From an uncultured archaeon (GTDB lineage: Archaea > Nanohalarchaeota > Nanosalinia > Nanosalinales > Nanosalinaceae), in NCBI GenBank assembly GCA_964421955.1, contig CAYQYU010000001.1, positions 1 through 64,000 on the forward strand: a stretch of 64,000 nucleotides of DNA. Reading direction: 5' to 3'. The notes beneath the pieces are model-generated. The model was given only the letters and a program-made list of their open reading frames with translations, made no database searches and was not told where the DNA came from. The position numbers and the translations under genes were made by a program. This document shows positions 36,176 to 46,686 of the stretch, in pieces (position 1 is the first letter of the stretch; each line of letters opens with the position of its first letter).

Positions 36176-39028
36176 TCAGTGCATCGTCTTCTCGTGTAGC
36201 TTCTTTGCCGATGCGGTGTCGAATGACTCTCCACATGTACCGCAACTGTACTTGCCTGAATCCTGGTCTTCACTTCCATGTGATTCTTCCTGCTGTGTCT
36301 GCTCCACGTTCTCCTGTGTCGGCTCCGTATCTGCAGGTGCTTCCTTCTGCCCAGGATTCTGCTGTGTCTGATCTGGCGCCTGGTTTGCCCGTCCCTGTTC
36401 TCCTGTATTCTCCTGTTTCTGTGCGTTCACACGTGGAGGCTGACCTGTCTTGGGTGAAGACTGTTTTGCACTCACGTCCGGTTTCTGGACCTCGCGCCCG
36501 GAACGCGCGGCAGATCCCTGACCTGTGCTCGGCTGGGCTCCGCTCATGAGTTCTCTCCCGCTTCCATCCTTCTTTTTCTTGATCGCGGCGGACAGAACCA
36601 TAGTGAACAGTACCAGGAGCCCCAGAACCATGTTGAGACTGCTCTGGCTCGCCAGGAACTCTCCTGTCGCATTCACGACCTCTGATCCGGGAAGGCTCAT
36701 GGGCTCCTCCTGCTCTTCCTCCCGCGTCGACGACTGCTGCTGGTTTGAATCTGGATTTCCTGAGATTACAGACTGGACTGTAACTATGTCGTTTAATGAG
36801 TTGCCGTTATCGGCGGCCACACCCGTGACCTCAGCCCTGAACTGCGGGTAGTCTCTGCATCTACCATCTTCTCCACAGTAGTCAGCCGGTATCTTCGCCT
36901 CTATCGTGGTTGTCCGGGAACTCTTCGCCGGAAGTGTGTCCCAGGACTCTGTAGTGAAGTTATACCAGTCAGTATTCAGGCCCCTTATCGCAACCTTTAC
37001 ATCCTTCGCGTCCACCTGACCGTTGTTGGAAATTGTTATATCGGTCTCCGTTCTCTGTCCAGGAATCAGGGTAACTGTATCAGGCGGATTTATGGATATC
37101 TCTCTTTCCACAAAGACTGTCAGCTCCTGATCAATCATCTTTTCAAAGCCGGTGTGTGGCGGTCTTGATCCAGCAACCTTCAGATCGTAGACCCCTGTGT
37201 CACCGGGGGCGGACATGTCGGCCTCGAAAATCCCCCGATCATTGGTTTCTGCCGTCGAGTTTCTCACTACCTGATCTCCGTCAAGCAACATTACCTCGAC
37301 ACTGGCTCCCTGAATTCCGTCACCTTCGTTATCAGTTACAGTGCCGGAAACAGTAAGATCTCCGTTAACCGGTAGACGGTCGCTGCTTATACTTATAGAA
37401 TCAAGCTGCAGTACGGTTTCCTTGACCATCATGTAGGAGTTGAAAAGCAGCTTCTTCGTGCTTGTGACGTTGACTGGTCTGACATCGAAGTTTACCTCTC
37501 CTACCGTAGGATAGATTCTATCGGAACTGAGCTCGACCTCCTCGAACTCGCTGTTACATTCAAACGTGTCGAAAAGCCAGTTCCTGCACTCAAAGACCTT
37601 TATGTTCCTGAAGTCGACTCTTCCCGGGTTGTAGTTCATGCTGAGAGTTGCGTCTTCAAACGGGTAGCCCCAGCTGACGGCAGCCGCGGTCAGCACGTTG
37701 ACCTCCTGTCCCGATCCCTCCAGTTTCTTGCCGGGAATCTGGTCATATCTTATCCTGTTGTTCCCCTGGAGATCGCCCGTAATCTCTACTTCATTCAGAT
37801 TGAGTCTTGCACCCGGGAACCTCGCAGTCACGTTGTATTTGCCGGGAAGGAGCTTCTGGCTGTATTTTCCTGCGTTGTCAGTACCAAAACTATCCAGTAC
37901 ACCGTCTCGGCGGGTCTCGATGGTCACGTCCACCGGTCTCCCCGTAGAGTCCTTCACGACTCCGCTGAATGATACATACTTCTTGACTTTGAAACGGGCA
38001 ATTTCTGTTCCACTGTTCCTGTCCAGCCCGACCACGAAGGTGTAGGATCCGTAGTCAAGACCCGGTCTCTTCGAGAGCTTGAGCGAGTAACCCCCGGACT
38101 GGCTTGTTGCGGAAGACTCCACCCATTCACCCTGGCTCACCTCGTCTCCGTTCTCAAGAACCTCTACGTAGAAATCCTCAGATTCCAGAGTATTAACATC
38201 CTCTCCCTTGTTCCTGGCCCTTACCTTGAGCCTGTAGTTCCCTGTGTTCGAGAATAAATAGTCGTATGAGAATTCTCTATCAGCGAGTGTATTGTTTGCG
38301 TTCGAGTTGAGAATCTGGAAGGTCCACGGCCTCCTGACGTGGACTGTCTGGCCGCTTCCCTGGACCTCCGCGTTCTTTGCAGTATTGTAGTCCGCGGTGG
38401 CTATGAGCCTGTGGTCCCCGGTATCCACGTCGTGCGGAACCGTTGCCGTAAGCTCTGCGTTCTGGTTGGAGCTGTACATAACCCCCTCAAGCTCCAGCTC
38501 GGTTCCGTCCAGAAATTCAGCCTCGTAAAAATCCGGGTCGTCCTTCAGGGTCAGGGAGCCCAGACCAGGGGCAGCTCCAGAAATCTCCAAGTCGAAACTT
38601 TCTCCCCTGTAAACATCAACTGTTCCAGAGGGCTCCTCAAGGTTGGGCACAAACCTAGTAAGACTCATCTGCTGTGTGTCGTCGGCCGAGCCAGTGTTCG
38701 TCCAGCTGCAGTAAAGCTTGATCTGCCAGTCCCCGTAGTTCTCGTTGATACTGTCACTGCTCAACGGGAGAGAGAAGGATCCATCGCTGACGTTGATCCT
38801 CTGGAATTCGTATGAGTCATCCATGGCTTCCAGCTTGATCTGCGGGGTGTCCGGACTGTCACAGCTGTAGGCCCCATCAAGTATATTGTCGGTCTCCTGT
38901 TCCAGCCAGATCGTCTTGTCCTGATCCGTAACGTTGATACTGGAGGCCGCGGTTGCAGTACCGAGAAATAGACCGGTAAGAACCAGGAGATAGAAGAGTT
39001 TCGAAGCTCTCACGGCTTTTAAAACCAT
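36176..39028 (-). CDS. Secreted multi-Ig surface protein with TM anchor, Gln-rich tail and C2H2 zinc finger
   Basis: Signal peptide; carboxypeptidase-regulatory-like and NEW3/CARDB-like (I.NNGQVD) beta domains; TGEF plus TM plus KKKK; CGTCGESFDT...H...H. Confidence 0.8.
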   Translation of the reverse strand: MVLKAVRASKLFYLLVLTGLFLGTATAASSINVTDQDKTIWLEQETDNILDGAYSCDSPDTPQIKLEAMDDSYEFQRINVSDGSFSLPLSSDSINENYGDWQIKLYCSWTNTGSADDTQQMSLTRFVPNLEEPSGTVDVYRGESFDLEISGAAPGLGSLTLKDDPDFYEAEFLDGTELELEGVMYSSNQNAELTATVPHDVDTGDHRLIATADYNTAKNAEVQGSGQTVHVRRPWTFQILNSNANNTLADREFSYDYLFSNTGNYRLKVRARNKGEDVNTLESEDFYVEVLENGDEVSQGEWVESSATSQSGGYSLKLSKRPGLDYGSYTFVVGLDRNSGTEIARFKVKKYVSFSGVVKDSTGRPVDVTIETRRDGVLDSFGTDNAGKYSQKLLPGKYNVTARFPGARLNLNEVEITGDLQGNNRIRYDQIPGKKLEGSGQEVNVLTAAAVSWGYPFEDATLSMNYNPGRVDFRNIKVFECRNWLFDTFECNSEFEEVELSSDRIYPTVGEVNFDVRPVNVTSTKKLLFNSYMMVKETVLQLDSISISSDRLPVNGDLTVSGTVTDNEGDGIQGASVEVMLLDGDQVVRNSTAETNDRGIFEADMSAPGDTGVYDLKVAGSRPPHTGFEKMIDQELTVFVEREISINPPDTVTLIPGQRTETDITISNNGQVDAKDVKVAIRGLNTDWYNFTTESWDTLPAKSSRTTTIEAKIPADYCGEDGRCRDYPQFRAEVTGVAADNGNSLNDIVTVQSVISGNPDSNQQQSSTREEEQEEPMSLPGSEVVNATGEFLASQSSLNMVLGLLVLFTMVLSAAIKKKKDGSGRELMSGAQPSTGQGSAARSGREVQKPDVSAKQSSPKTGQPPRVNAQKQENTGEQGRANQAPDQTQQNPGQKEAPADTEPTQENVEQTQQEESHGSEDQDSGKYSCGTCGESFDTASAKKLHEKTMH

Positions 39029-39049
39029 ATACTATAATTGTGCGCACCT

Positions 39050-39859
39050 TTACTTTAAAGATTTAATTTTTTCAGGCACTGAAACCGCGACTATCAGCAG
39101 GTAAATATTCAGCACCACGGAAAGCAACAGGAAAATCTCCAGCATGTTCTCCCTGATTATCTCGACGGCTGTCGGCTGCGGCTCCAGCCGGACCTTGGTC
39201 TCGCCGAGAACCTCTCCCTCAGAATCTATGACTTTGTAGGTAAGATTGGTGGCCGGACTGAAAATCGGTGCATCATACTTCACATCCGTCCTCGAACCCT
39301 CTATCCGTGCGGAGGACACCTTCCATCCTGGCGGCGATTCCTCTGGTATGAGCACACCACTATCGGCCTCCAGTGTTAATGTGGCGGCAGAGGAGTTGAC
39401 CGATCGGGTCCTGGACTCCACTGTCTCATTGTTTTCTCGCGGCATTTCAGCGTGGAACTCTCCAGTCTCGATCTGTTCCTGTTGTCCGCAGTACTGTAGT
39501 GTCAGGTTGAACGGCACAGTTCCGTTCGAACCTGGAAGATAACGTACCTGTGCCAGCGATGTATCTCCGGGCCAGAGAGCGTACGGTTCCGACCACGCCA
39601 CTTCCCGGGTCCCATTGGATTCAAACTCCGCGGCCATTCTGTAGGTACAGCCCACCGATCCTGGGTTTTCGAGAGTCAGGTTGATTGTCTGGTAGCTATC
39701 GGTCCTGTTGTGATAATGTAGATCGTAGATTGCGTGTTCCGTTACCCCGTGTATATCAACGAGGAATTCCAGCGACGCGGCCTGGCCGGTGAAAAACACC
39801 GCCGCGAATGCTACCAGGGATAGAATCTTGATTTTATGTCGAGCCATCTGTTGCCCCAT
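39050..39859 (-). CDS. Secreted Ig-like protein with C-terminal TM
   Basis: Signal peptide, LENPGSVGC.Y, Cys pair, C-terminal hydrophobic helix; start may be a few codons downstream. Confidence 0.75.
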   Translation of the reverse strand: MGQQMARHKIKILSLVAFAAVFFTGQAASLEFLVDIHGVTEHAIYDLHYHNRTDSYQTINLTLENPGSVGCTYRMAAEFESNGTREVAWSEPYALWPGDTSLAQVRYLPGSNGTVPFNLTLQYCGQQEQIETGEFHAEMPRENNETVESRTRSVNSSAATLTLEADSGVLIPEESPPGWKVSSARIEGSRTDVKYDAPIFSPATNLTYKVIDSEGEVLGETKVRLEPQPTAVEIIRENMLEIFLLLSVVLNIYLLIVAVSVPEKIKSLK

Positions 39860-40260
39860 TTGTTCTTTGGTGCCTGGGTATGTATATCTACATCCCCGAC
39901 ATAGTAGCCCGTTTCCGATGCGTTGAACTTGATACTTATCTCCTTCTCGCCCTGGAAGTAGTTCTTCTTATTATATATGAGATGCTGGGAGATATTGCCG
40001 GAAGACTTTATCCAGACCAGTGACTTCCGCGGCGCATCCAGGTTGAGGAACTTTATCGACTTCGATCCCTCCGGTATGCTCCCGAAGCGGAGCTGTGGGT
40101 TCGTGACTATGCCCAGCTTCTGGGTATCATTTCCCTTTTCTATGACGGTGGCGTTTGCCTTGAAGCTCGAGACCTGAATGTTCGTAATTTGCTTCTCTAC
40201 GGCAGGCATGCTGAGCAGAAGGCCTGTCAGGATACTTGCCAGTACTATTCCAGCTGCCAT
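39811..40260 (-). CDS. Small secreted/anchored Ig-like protein
   Basis: N-terminal hydrophobic helix; LRFGSIPEG and GYYVGDV.I motifs; unusually basic. Confidence 0.7.
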   Translation of the reverse strand: MAAGIVLASILTGLLLSMPAVEKQITNIQVSSFKANATVIEKGNDTQKLGIVTNPQLRFGSIPEGSKSIKFLNLDAPRKSLVWIKSSGNISQHLIYNKKNYFQGEKEISIKFNASETGYYVGDVDIHTQAPKNKWGNRWLDIKSRFYPW

Positions 40261-40270
40261 CCTGTTAATC

Positions 40271-41359
40271 TCACATCACCCTGTATACCACAAATGCTGT
40301 TAACAATAAAAGAATACCTATCAGGTAGACCGGGAGCTCGGTCACCAGCACGAATATAGAGATCGCGAAGAAGAACATCGCGACCACTATCCATATCGGG
40401 TCGATGTCGAAGAAATACATCAACACTCCTATGAGTACTAGCACTATAACGACGAGCCAGATCGGTATTCCCTGGCCCTCTCCGTCATCATCCGAACTCT
40501 CTATCTGTATGTAGTCCGAAATCTGGACGCTCTCATCGATAAATGCGTTGCCAGTTATGTAGTTCATCTCGCCCCGGGCCCTGAACTCGCCACCCTCGAC
40601 CCGGTCACCGCTCCAGTATGTGCTTATAACCTTGGTCTGTCCCGGACTCAGGTACATACCTCCAGTTGTCAGCGCACCAGTCGTATTACCGAAGTCGTTG
40701 AAAAGAATGGTCTCGGCCCGGGAAATCCTCGTCGTAACGGTTCCCTGATTTTTCAGCAGGAAGTCGAGCCTTGCCTGCTGCTCGCCAGTTCTTATCCCGT
40801 TGACCTCAAGTATCTCGATATTTCTCTCTGCACTGCCGGGGACGCGGAAAACAAACACGAACTGCGTTACCCCCATCGTAGAGACTCCTGTACCCGAGCC
40901 ACCCGAACCTACCTGGGGATTCAGGTTTATTGCTCCCGCGTGATACCCTGGTTCAGCGCTCTGCGGAACCTCAAGGAAAAAACGAACCTCTCCATTAACA
41001 TTGGCTACGCCACCGTCCTCCAGCGAAACAAGACCCTGGGTTTCGGGAAAAACCTGGAACCGCTTCTGCGGAAAGCTCACCCAGGAGCTTATATCCTCCT
41101 GCGAGGCCTCCTGAGGCACGAAATCGTACCTGCCGTGGACTTCCTCCCTGTATATTGTGGACTGGGGTCTGTTGAACCCCGGCCGGACATGGAAAGGGCT
41201 TTCCATGTTCGATACGACGTAGAACTTTACCTGCCTCTGTTCACCTCTCTCGATCTCGCCGAGATCCTTTACACCCGGTGCCGTCCCAACGTAGATCGCG
41301 GCAGAATTCGAGACGAACAGGAGTGCGAAAAACAGTATTAACTGGCTTTTCCTTACCAT
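40271..41359 (-). CDS. Two-Ig-domain membrane-anchored protein, DUF916/DUF3324 (WxL-interacting)- or PapD-like
   Basis: Signal peptide; P.SAEPGYHAGAI; LKNQGTV..; L.PGQTK; C-terminal TM helices. Confidence 0.6.
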   Translation of the reverse strand: MVRKSQLILFFALLFVSNSAAIYVGTAPGVKDLGEIERGEQRQVKFYVVSNMESPFHVRPGFNRPQSTIYREEVHGRYDFVPQEASQEDISSWVSFPQKRFQVFPETQGLVSLEDGGVANVNGEVRFFLEVPQSAEPGYHAGAINLNPQVGSGGSGTGVSTMGVTQFVFVFRVPGSAERNIEILEVNGIRTGEQQARLDFLLKNQGTVTTRISRAETILFNDFGNTTGALTTGGMYLSPGQTKVISTYWSGDRVEGGEFRARGEMNYITGNAFIDESVQISDYIQIESSDDDGEGQGIPIWLVVIVLVLIGVLMYFFDIDPIWIVVAMFFFAISIFVLVTELPVYLIGILLLLTAFVVYRVM

Positions 41360-41509
41360 AGCTTAACACAGATAACTTGACACATTTAATTTATACAACT
41401 TTACACTCCTAGGTTGTTAGAAAAGGCCACACAGGCGAACGCTACCTTTTATAAACTACCTCAGATCAATCCAACACAGGGGGCAAGGGGGTAATAAGCG
41501 TGAGCTCTC

Positions 41510-42574
41510 ATGCAAGCAAACCTCCAACCAACCAACCACGGCCTGAAAAAAGTTGTACTTTCTCTAATACCTCTTGCGCTACTGCTGAGCGGCGTGTTCT
41601 TCGTATCGGCTCAGGGCTCTGAAAACAACATTAACGTCTCCGTAAATATCAGCGAGAAGACGATTATCGATATTCAGCCGAAGGAGTTCGCATACGGTCA
41701 GGGCTCGACACTCGTTGAACCGGGAACTGTTGCAGGTCCATCCCAGGAGCAGAGCGGGTACGGCCGCATACAGGTCGAGAACCTGGGATCGGTAAACATC
41801 ACCCAGATATGGTTCAACGCTTCCTACCCATCGCAGAGACCGTTCGGTACAGGTACCGCAACATACTACGACTCGGCCAACTTCATAGCCCTCAACCGCA
41901 GCGGCGGATCAGCACCCAACCAGTTCATAAATCGTGTAGAGTACGGACTGGACCAGCCAGCCGCCCAGGACATAATCTACCTCGACACAAATAGTAACTG
42001 GGATTACGGTAGGTTCAGGAACACCTCGAGAGAATACTTCTGGGCTGTGGACGACGAAAGCGGAAGCGATCTTGGAGGAAATACCTTCAGGATTGGGCAG
42101 GTGCCTCACACATCGGACCAGACAGGAACAACAGACCTCCAGGGCGCTGTAGGCTCCACCTGTGACGGAGGAGACAACCCCGGAGGATCTAACGCATGTA
42201 ACAGCTACACTCTGCAGCAGGCAGGTTCCACCGACTGGTACGTCACAGAGGTAGAGATAGGAGTACAGGACAGCGGCGCAGGAATCCAGGCTGGCGGACA
42301 GGTCTACTGTGCCGCCATGAATAACACCAAAGTACACGGTGTAAACTCAGATCCTCCCGTACACTTCATAAAATGGAACAAGGGTCATCCCGCGGTCCAG
42401 AACGGAGGTGCCGACTGTTCCTGGGCAACCAACTATACGGTCGGAGACTCTGCAGGAGATAGTCTGGACCCTGGTGCCTGGGAGATAATGAATGTTAGAG
42501 CGAGAGTACCATATGGTGTTGTTTCAGCACAGCTGCCGAAAGGCAATGTCTTTGTTCTCGCTAACAGCGGATAA
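41510..42574 (+). CDS. Secreted anchorless structural subunit A (paralog of 42620)
   Basis: Sec-type signal; shares ENLGS.NI.Q.W.N, PFG.G....YD..NFI, NR.EY, W.YGRFR...E.FWA and VPYG with the next gene. Confidence 0.8.
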   Translation: MQANLQPTNHGLKKVVLSLIPLALLLSGVFFVSAQGSENNINVSVNISEKTIIDIQPKEFAYGQGSTLVEPGTVAGPSQEQSGYGRIQVENLGSVNITQIWFNASYPSQRPFGTGTATYYDSANFIALNRSGGSAPNQFINRVEYGLDQPAAQDIIYLDTNSNWDYGRFRNTSREYFWAVDDESGSDLGGNTFRIGQVPHTSDQTGTTDLQGAVGSTCDGGDNPGGSNACNSYTLQQAGSTDWYVTEVEIGVQDSGAGIQAGGQVYCAAMNNTKVHGVNSDPPVHFIKWNKGHPAVQNGGADCSWATNYTVGDSAGDSLDPGAWEIMNVRARVPYGVVSAQLPKGNVFVLANSG

Positions 42575-42619
42575 ATCAAAATCAGACAAAACCCACAAAA
42601 CAAGGAGGTGAAACACAAG

Positions 42620-43669
42620 ATGAAAACAAACAAGGCGACCTTGACCAGCGTAGTACTCGCAGCAGTAATCCTGGGAATGACAGCAACAGTAGCGGCACAG
42701 CCCGCTCTATCAGACGATCAGGATAATGCAACAGTCTACGTCACAGTCGCGAGCAAGATAGCAGTCGACATCAGCCCCTCCAACATGAGCTACAGCGGAA
42801 TAAATCCAGGAGAGTTCGTCAACGAGAGTGACGACGTGACCGCGGGACCAGGAAACCAGGGATGGACCGGAGTCGAGATAGAGAACATCGGTTCAGAGAA
42901 CATCTCCCAGGTATGGCTCAACACATCAGTACCTACAAACAATCCATTCGGAGGAGGTGGAGCAGCTGCCTACGACGCAGGCAACTTCATCGTTGTCAAC
43001 TCTTCAGGAGACACTCCTGACGGATTAGAGGGGCTTGCTGGACCTGACAGCAACTACACCTACGTCAATAGGAGAGAGTACAACGAGTCGAACAGGCTTT
43101 CCTACATCTTCACTCCAGATGCAGGTGAGTGGAGATACGGGAGATTCAGATCAGGCGACCAGGAATTCTTCTGGGCGATCAACGTAACCTCGGGAGGAGC
43201 CTGCCAGACAGGAGATGCAGGAGACTTCAGAGTAGGAAACAGGGCTCACAACCAGTCAAGCACAGGATCAGTCGATTTCACGGCTGGTGGAGACTTTACG
43301 GCCTACACTCCTACCTCACCGGCAGGAGCATCCGAGCAGGTTCTGGTTCCAAACGTCCAGATCTCACGGCCTGACGGCGTCAGCAGGAGTTACGATGTCC
43401 TGGTCAACTGTGACGACAGCGGAGCCACAGGAACCTTTACCATGAGGACGAAGTACAATCCAACGATGGGAGAGGCCACCGACCTGACAGTTGACGGTAC
43501 GGTTGCACAGCACCTGATCAACTCGACAGCTCCAGCAAGCAGCGAACAGGAGCTCCAGCCAGGAGAGCACTTCTCCATCGATGTTGGTATCGAGGTCCCT
43601 CTGGGAGTAGCCAGTGGTGGAGTATCACCCGGTACCCTCAGAGTGTTTGTCAACAGCCTTGAAGGCTGA
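42620..43669 (+). CDS. Secreted anchorless structural subunit B, probably highly expressed
   Basis: GGAGGTGA SD at 42604-42611 supports ATG 42620; Sec signal; many N-x-S/T sequons; no C-terminal TM. Confidence 0.82.
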   Translation: MKTNKATLTSVVLAAVILGMTATVAAQPALSDDQDNATVYVTVASKIAVDISPSNMSYSGINPGEFVNESDDVTAGPGNQGWTGVEIENIGSENISQVWLNTSVPTNNPFGGGGAAAYDAGNFIVVNSSGDTPDGLEGLAGPDSNYTYVNRREYNESNRLSYIFTPDAGEWRYGRFRSGDQEFFWAINVTSGGACQTGDAGDFRVGNRAHNQSSTGSVDFTAGGDFTAYTPTSPAGASEQVLVPNVQISRPDGVSRSYDVLVNCDDSGATGTFTMRTKYNPTMGEATDLTVDGTVAQHLINSTAPASSEQELQPGEHFSIDVGIEVPLGVASGGVSPGTLRVFVNSLEG

Positions 43670-43677
43670 CCTCACCT

Positions 43678-43702
43678 CCCTTTTCTTTTCTCTTTATATT
43701 CT
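43678..43702 (+). terminator. Pyrimidine/T-rich archaeal terminator after subunit B
   Basis: CCCTTTTCTTTTCTCTTTATATTCT directly after the stop. Confidence 0.6.
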
Positions 43703-43798
43703 CTGGCTAAGGAACTAGCTGCGGCTATCCCCCGGATCAGTTACGTTAGCCAGTACTGTTCGATTCTTTTTTTATTCGGTTGAACCAAATTGTCTCTC

Positions 43799-44809
43799 AT
43801 GACCAGCAAGTTTGAAGATATATCCGAGGAAGAACTCGAGGAACTCGTGAAGGAGTACGGCGAAAAAGTTCAGAAGGTCGAGGACGAGCTCCAGAAAGGT
43901 ATTGTCGGCCAGGAGGATGTCATCAGGAAAGTGCTTCTCTGCGTTGTAGCGGGAGGTAACGCCCTGCTCGAGGGAGTTCCGGGGCTCGGGAAAAGCCTTC
44001 TCGTTGAGCTGCTGGGCCAGACGGTTTCGGACTCCGAGTTCCACCGGGTGCAGTTCACACCTGACCTTCTTCCCGCAGATATCGTGGGTATCGAGGCATA
44101 CAACGAGGAGAAGGGATTCTACGTTGAGAAAGGACCTATCTTCGCGAATTTCATTCTGGCGGACGAGATCAACAGGGCGCCGCCAAAGGTCCAGAGTGCA
44201 ATGCTTGAAGCGATGCAGGAGCACAAGGTATCCATCGGTGACGACGACTACCATCTACCGGAGCCGTTCTTCGTGCTCGCGACCCAGAACCCTGTCGAGC
44301 AGGGAGGTACGTACCCGCTTCCGGAGGCTCAAGTCGACCGTTTCCTGTTCAAGATCTTCGTCGACTATCCAAAGAAAGAAAACGAAAGGAAGATTATCGA
44401 TATCAACGCCAATATCATCGACATCGACAACTTCGGCGTTGAAGAGGTGGTTACAAGGCAGGAGCTGCTCGACATCCAGGATCTATCAAAGCATATAATC
44501 GTGAGCGACGAGGTGAAGGCTTATATTGTCGATCTGGTAACAGCCACGAGAAACCCGGAGGAGTACGGCATAGAGGTCGGGGAGTACATCGACTACGGCG
44601 CGTCCCCGAGAGCATCCATCAACCTGGCGCTGGCAGCACGGGCCCAGGCCCTCTCGGAGAAGAGGCACTACGTGACGCCTGAAGACATCAGGAACGTCAT
44701 AACAGAGGTATTCCAGCACAGGATACTGCTCAACTACGAGGGAGAGGCAAAGGACATCAGTAAAAACGATATAATCGAACAGGTCGTGAACAGAGTACCG
44801 GTGAGATAG
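43799..44809 (+). CDS. moxR: MoxR-family AAA+ ATPase
   Basis: LLEGVPGLGKS, RVQFTPDLLPADIVG, LADEINRAPPKVQSAMLEAMQE, ATQNPVEQ.GTYPLPEAQ.DRF, GASPRA. Confidence 0.95.
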   Translation: MTSKFEDISEEELEELVKEYGEKVQKVEDELQKGIVGQEDVIRKVLLCVVAGGNALLEGVPGLGKSLLVELLGQTVSDSEFHRVQFTPDLLPADIVGIEAYNEEKGFYVEKGPIFANFILADEINRAPPKVQSAMLEAMQEHKVSIGDDDYHLPEPFFVLATQNPVEQGGTYPLPEAQVDRFLFKIFVDYPKKENERKIIDINANIIDIDNFGVEEVVTRQELLDIQDLSKHIIVSDEVKAYIVDLVTATRNPEEYGIEVGEYIDYGASPRASINLALAARAQALSEKRHYVTPEDIRNVITEVFQHRILLNYEGEAKDISKNDIIEQVVNRVPVR

Positions 44810-45694
44810 TTGACCGACGACCGCATCGACAGGAAAGAGCTTATCGACCAGATAGATGCGGAGGTCAGGAAAGTATCTGAAATATTCCGGCTGATCCTGA
44901 AGTACCGGGAGAGGTTTCAACCATCAGGCATCGAGTTCTCAGACCTGAGGAACTACCTTCCCAGCGATGACGCGAACAGGATAGACTGGAAGTCATCTAC
45001 AAGACTGAACGAACTCTATGTAAAGGAATTTGACGAGGAGAAGGATCTCGACACATTCGTGATCCTTGACGTATCAGACACCATGATGTTCGGCACCGCG
45101 GACAAACTGAAGAGCGAGTACTGCGCAGTACTGGCGGCAACGATCGCGCTCGCGTCCGTCGACAACGGGTTGAACGTCGGGTTCGGAATGTACGGCGACG
45201 AAACCACGTTCATGACGCCGGACGGCGGGCAGAAACAGTACCACGCGATACTCCATGAAGTAGCAAACTTCGATAACTACGGAGGAAAGTTCGATCTCGA
45301 TCAGGCAGTGAGCGACACTGTCGAACAGGTCAGGGAGAACACCGCTGTATTCATAATATCCGATTTCCTGGAGGTCGAGGGAGACTGGAAGTCAAAGGTC
45401 AAGCTCGCCAATAGCAAGTTCAGGCATGTCATGTCAATGATGATCCGGGATAGACGGGACTACAAACTTTCAGACTCCGGTAACATGAGACTCGAGTCCC
45501 CTGACGGATCACATAAGAGAGTTTACAATGTCAGTAGTCTCAAGAACCGTTTCGATGAGGAGGCCGCGAAACAGGAAGAACAGATAGAGACCAAGCTCAG
45601 GGGTGCGGGTTCAGGCTTCATGAAGATAGATACCAGGGACTCCTTCGCGGCCGAGTTCGCCTCCTACATGGACGAGGAGGGGGCAAAATGGTAA
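44810..45694 (+). CDS. DUF58 family protein
   Basis: GIEFSDLRNY.P.DD..RIDWK.S.R...LYVKEF.EE, LDVS..M, FIISDF. Confidence 0.92.
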   Translation: MTDDRIDRKELIDQIDAEVRKVSEIFRLILKYRERFQPSGIEFSDLRNYLPSDDANRIDWKSSTRLNELYVKEFDEEKDLDTFVILDVSDTMMFGTADKLKSEYCAVLAATIALASVDNGLNVGFGMYGDETTFMTPDGGQKQYHAILHEVANFDNYGGKFDLDQAVSDTVEQVRENTAVFIISDFLEVEGDWKSKVKLANSKFRHVMSMMIRDRRDYKLSDSGNMRLESPDGSHKRVYNVSSLKNRFDEEAAKQEEQIETKLRGAGSGFMKIDTRDSFAAEFASYMDEEGAKW

Positions 45695-46638
45695 AGCTGA
45701 TTTTTACAGACCAGTACGCCAGCATCCTGCTACTGGTCAACGGGCTGGCGATACTTCTCTTCCTCGCTGCAAAGAAGAAAAACAGGCAGAGAGCCATAAA
45801 ATTCGGGAACTACGAAACCCTCCAGAAGATCGCGGGCAAGAATTTCCTGAAATCCAGCAACTTCATGCTATTCATGCGTATGCTGGCGCTCACAGCACTT
45901 ATAGTCGGGCTCTCAAACCCTGTACTAGTTGAACAGCTGCCCGCAGGAACCTCTGACTACGTGCTAGCCATCGACTCGTCGGCCTCGATGCTTGCAGAGG
46001 ACCTCGATCCCAGCAGGTTCGAGGCCGCGAAAAGCCTGTCATCCAATTTCATCTCGAAACTAGCCGAAGAGACCTCTGTCGGAGTGGTATCTTTCTCGGG
46101 ATCGGTCACGAACGAATTATCGCCCAGTAACGACAAGCAGAGGGTTGTCGAGGCTATCCAGGACATAGACACGGGAGAAGAGGCCGGAACGGCCATCGGT
46201 GATGCTCTATCAGCCTCGATCTCGATGCTGCTCGGCACGAACAAGACCCGGTCCGTCATACTCATCACAGACGGCCGGAACAACGTCGGAAGTTCTGTGA
46301 ATGACTCGATTGAGTTCGCCGTCAGGAATAATGTAACTGTGTATACGATAGGTATCGGCAGCAACCAGAACTCCACACAGACAGGATTGCTGGATGATAG
46401 GAACGGTTCAAGGGCAGAGTTCCCCAACCTCAACGAGGGCCAGCTCTCACAGGTCGCTAACGAAACTGGAGGTAGATTCATCGCGGTATCGGAGACAGGT
46501 GAGCTGGAATCGGCACTTATAAGCGTGGAGCAGAAAAAGCGAGAACGGGATATCTCGAAGTACTTCATCTTCTTCGCGACCGCGCTCCTACTTACCGAGT
46601 GGGTTCTTGGAGTAACACGATACAGCCCCATCCCATAA
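45688..46638 (+). CDS. BatA-like membrane-anchored VWA protein
   Basis: N-terminal TMs, AIDSSASMLAED..PSRF..AK, GTAIGDA, ILITDG.NN, VYTIGIG, IA.ETGG, C-terminal TM. Confidence 0.9.
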   Translation: MVKLIFTDQYASILLLVNGLAILLFLAAKKKNRQRAIKFGNYETLQKIAGKNFLKSSNFMLFMRMLALTALIVGLSNPVLVEQLPAGTSDYVLAIDSSASMLAEDLDPSRFEAAKSLSSNFISKLAEETSVGVVSFSGSVTNELSPSNDKQRVVEAIQDIDTGEEAGTAIGDALSASISMLLGTNKTRSVILITDGRNNVGSSVNDSIEFAVRNNVTVYTIGIGSNQNSTQTGLLDDRNGSRAEFPNLNEGQLSQVANETGGRFIAVSETGELESALISVEQKKRERDISKYFIFFATALLLTEWVLGVTRYSPIP

Positions 46639-46686
46639 AGCCTTAATTAAAGCAAAACCAAAACCTTCTCTAGAGACTGGTATATA

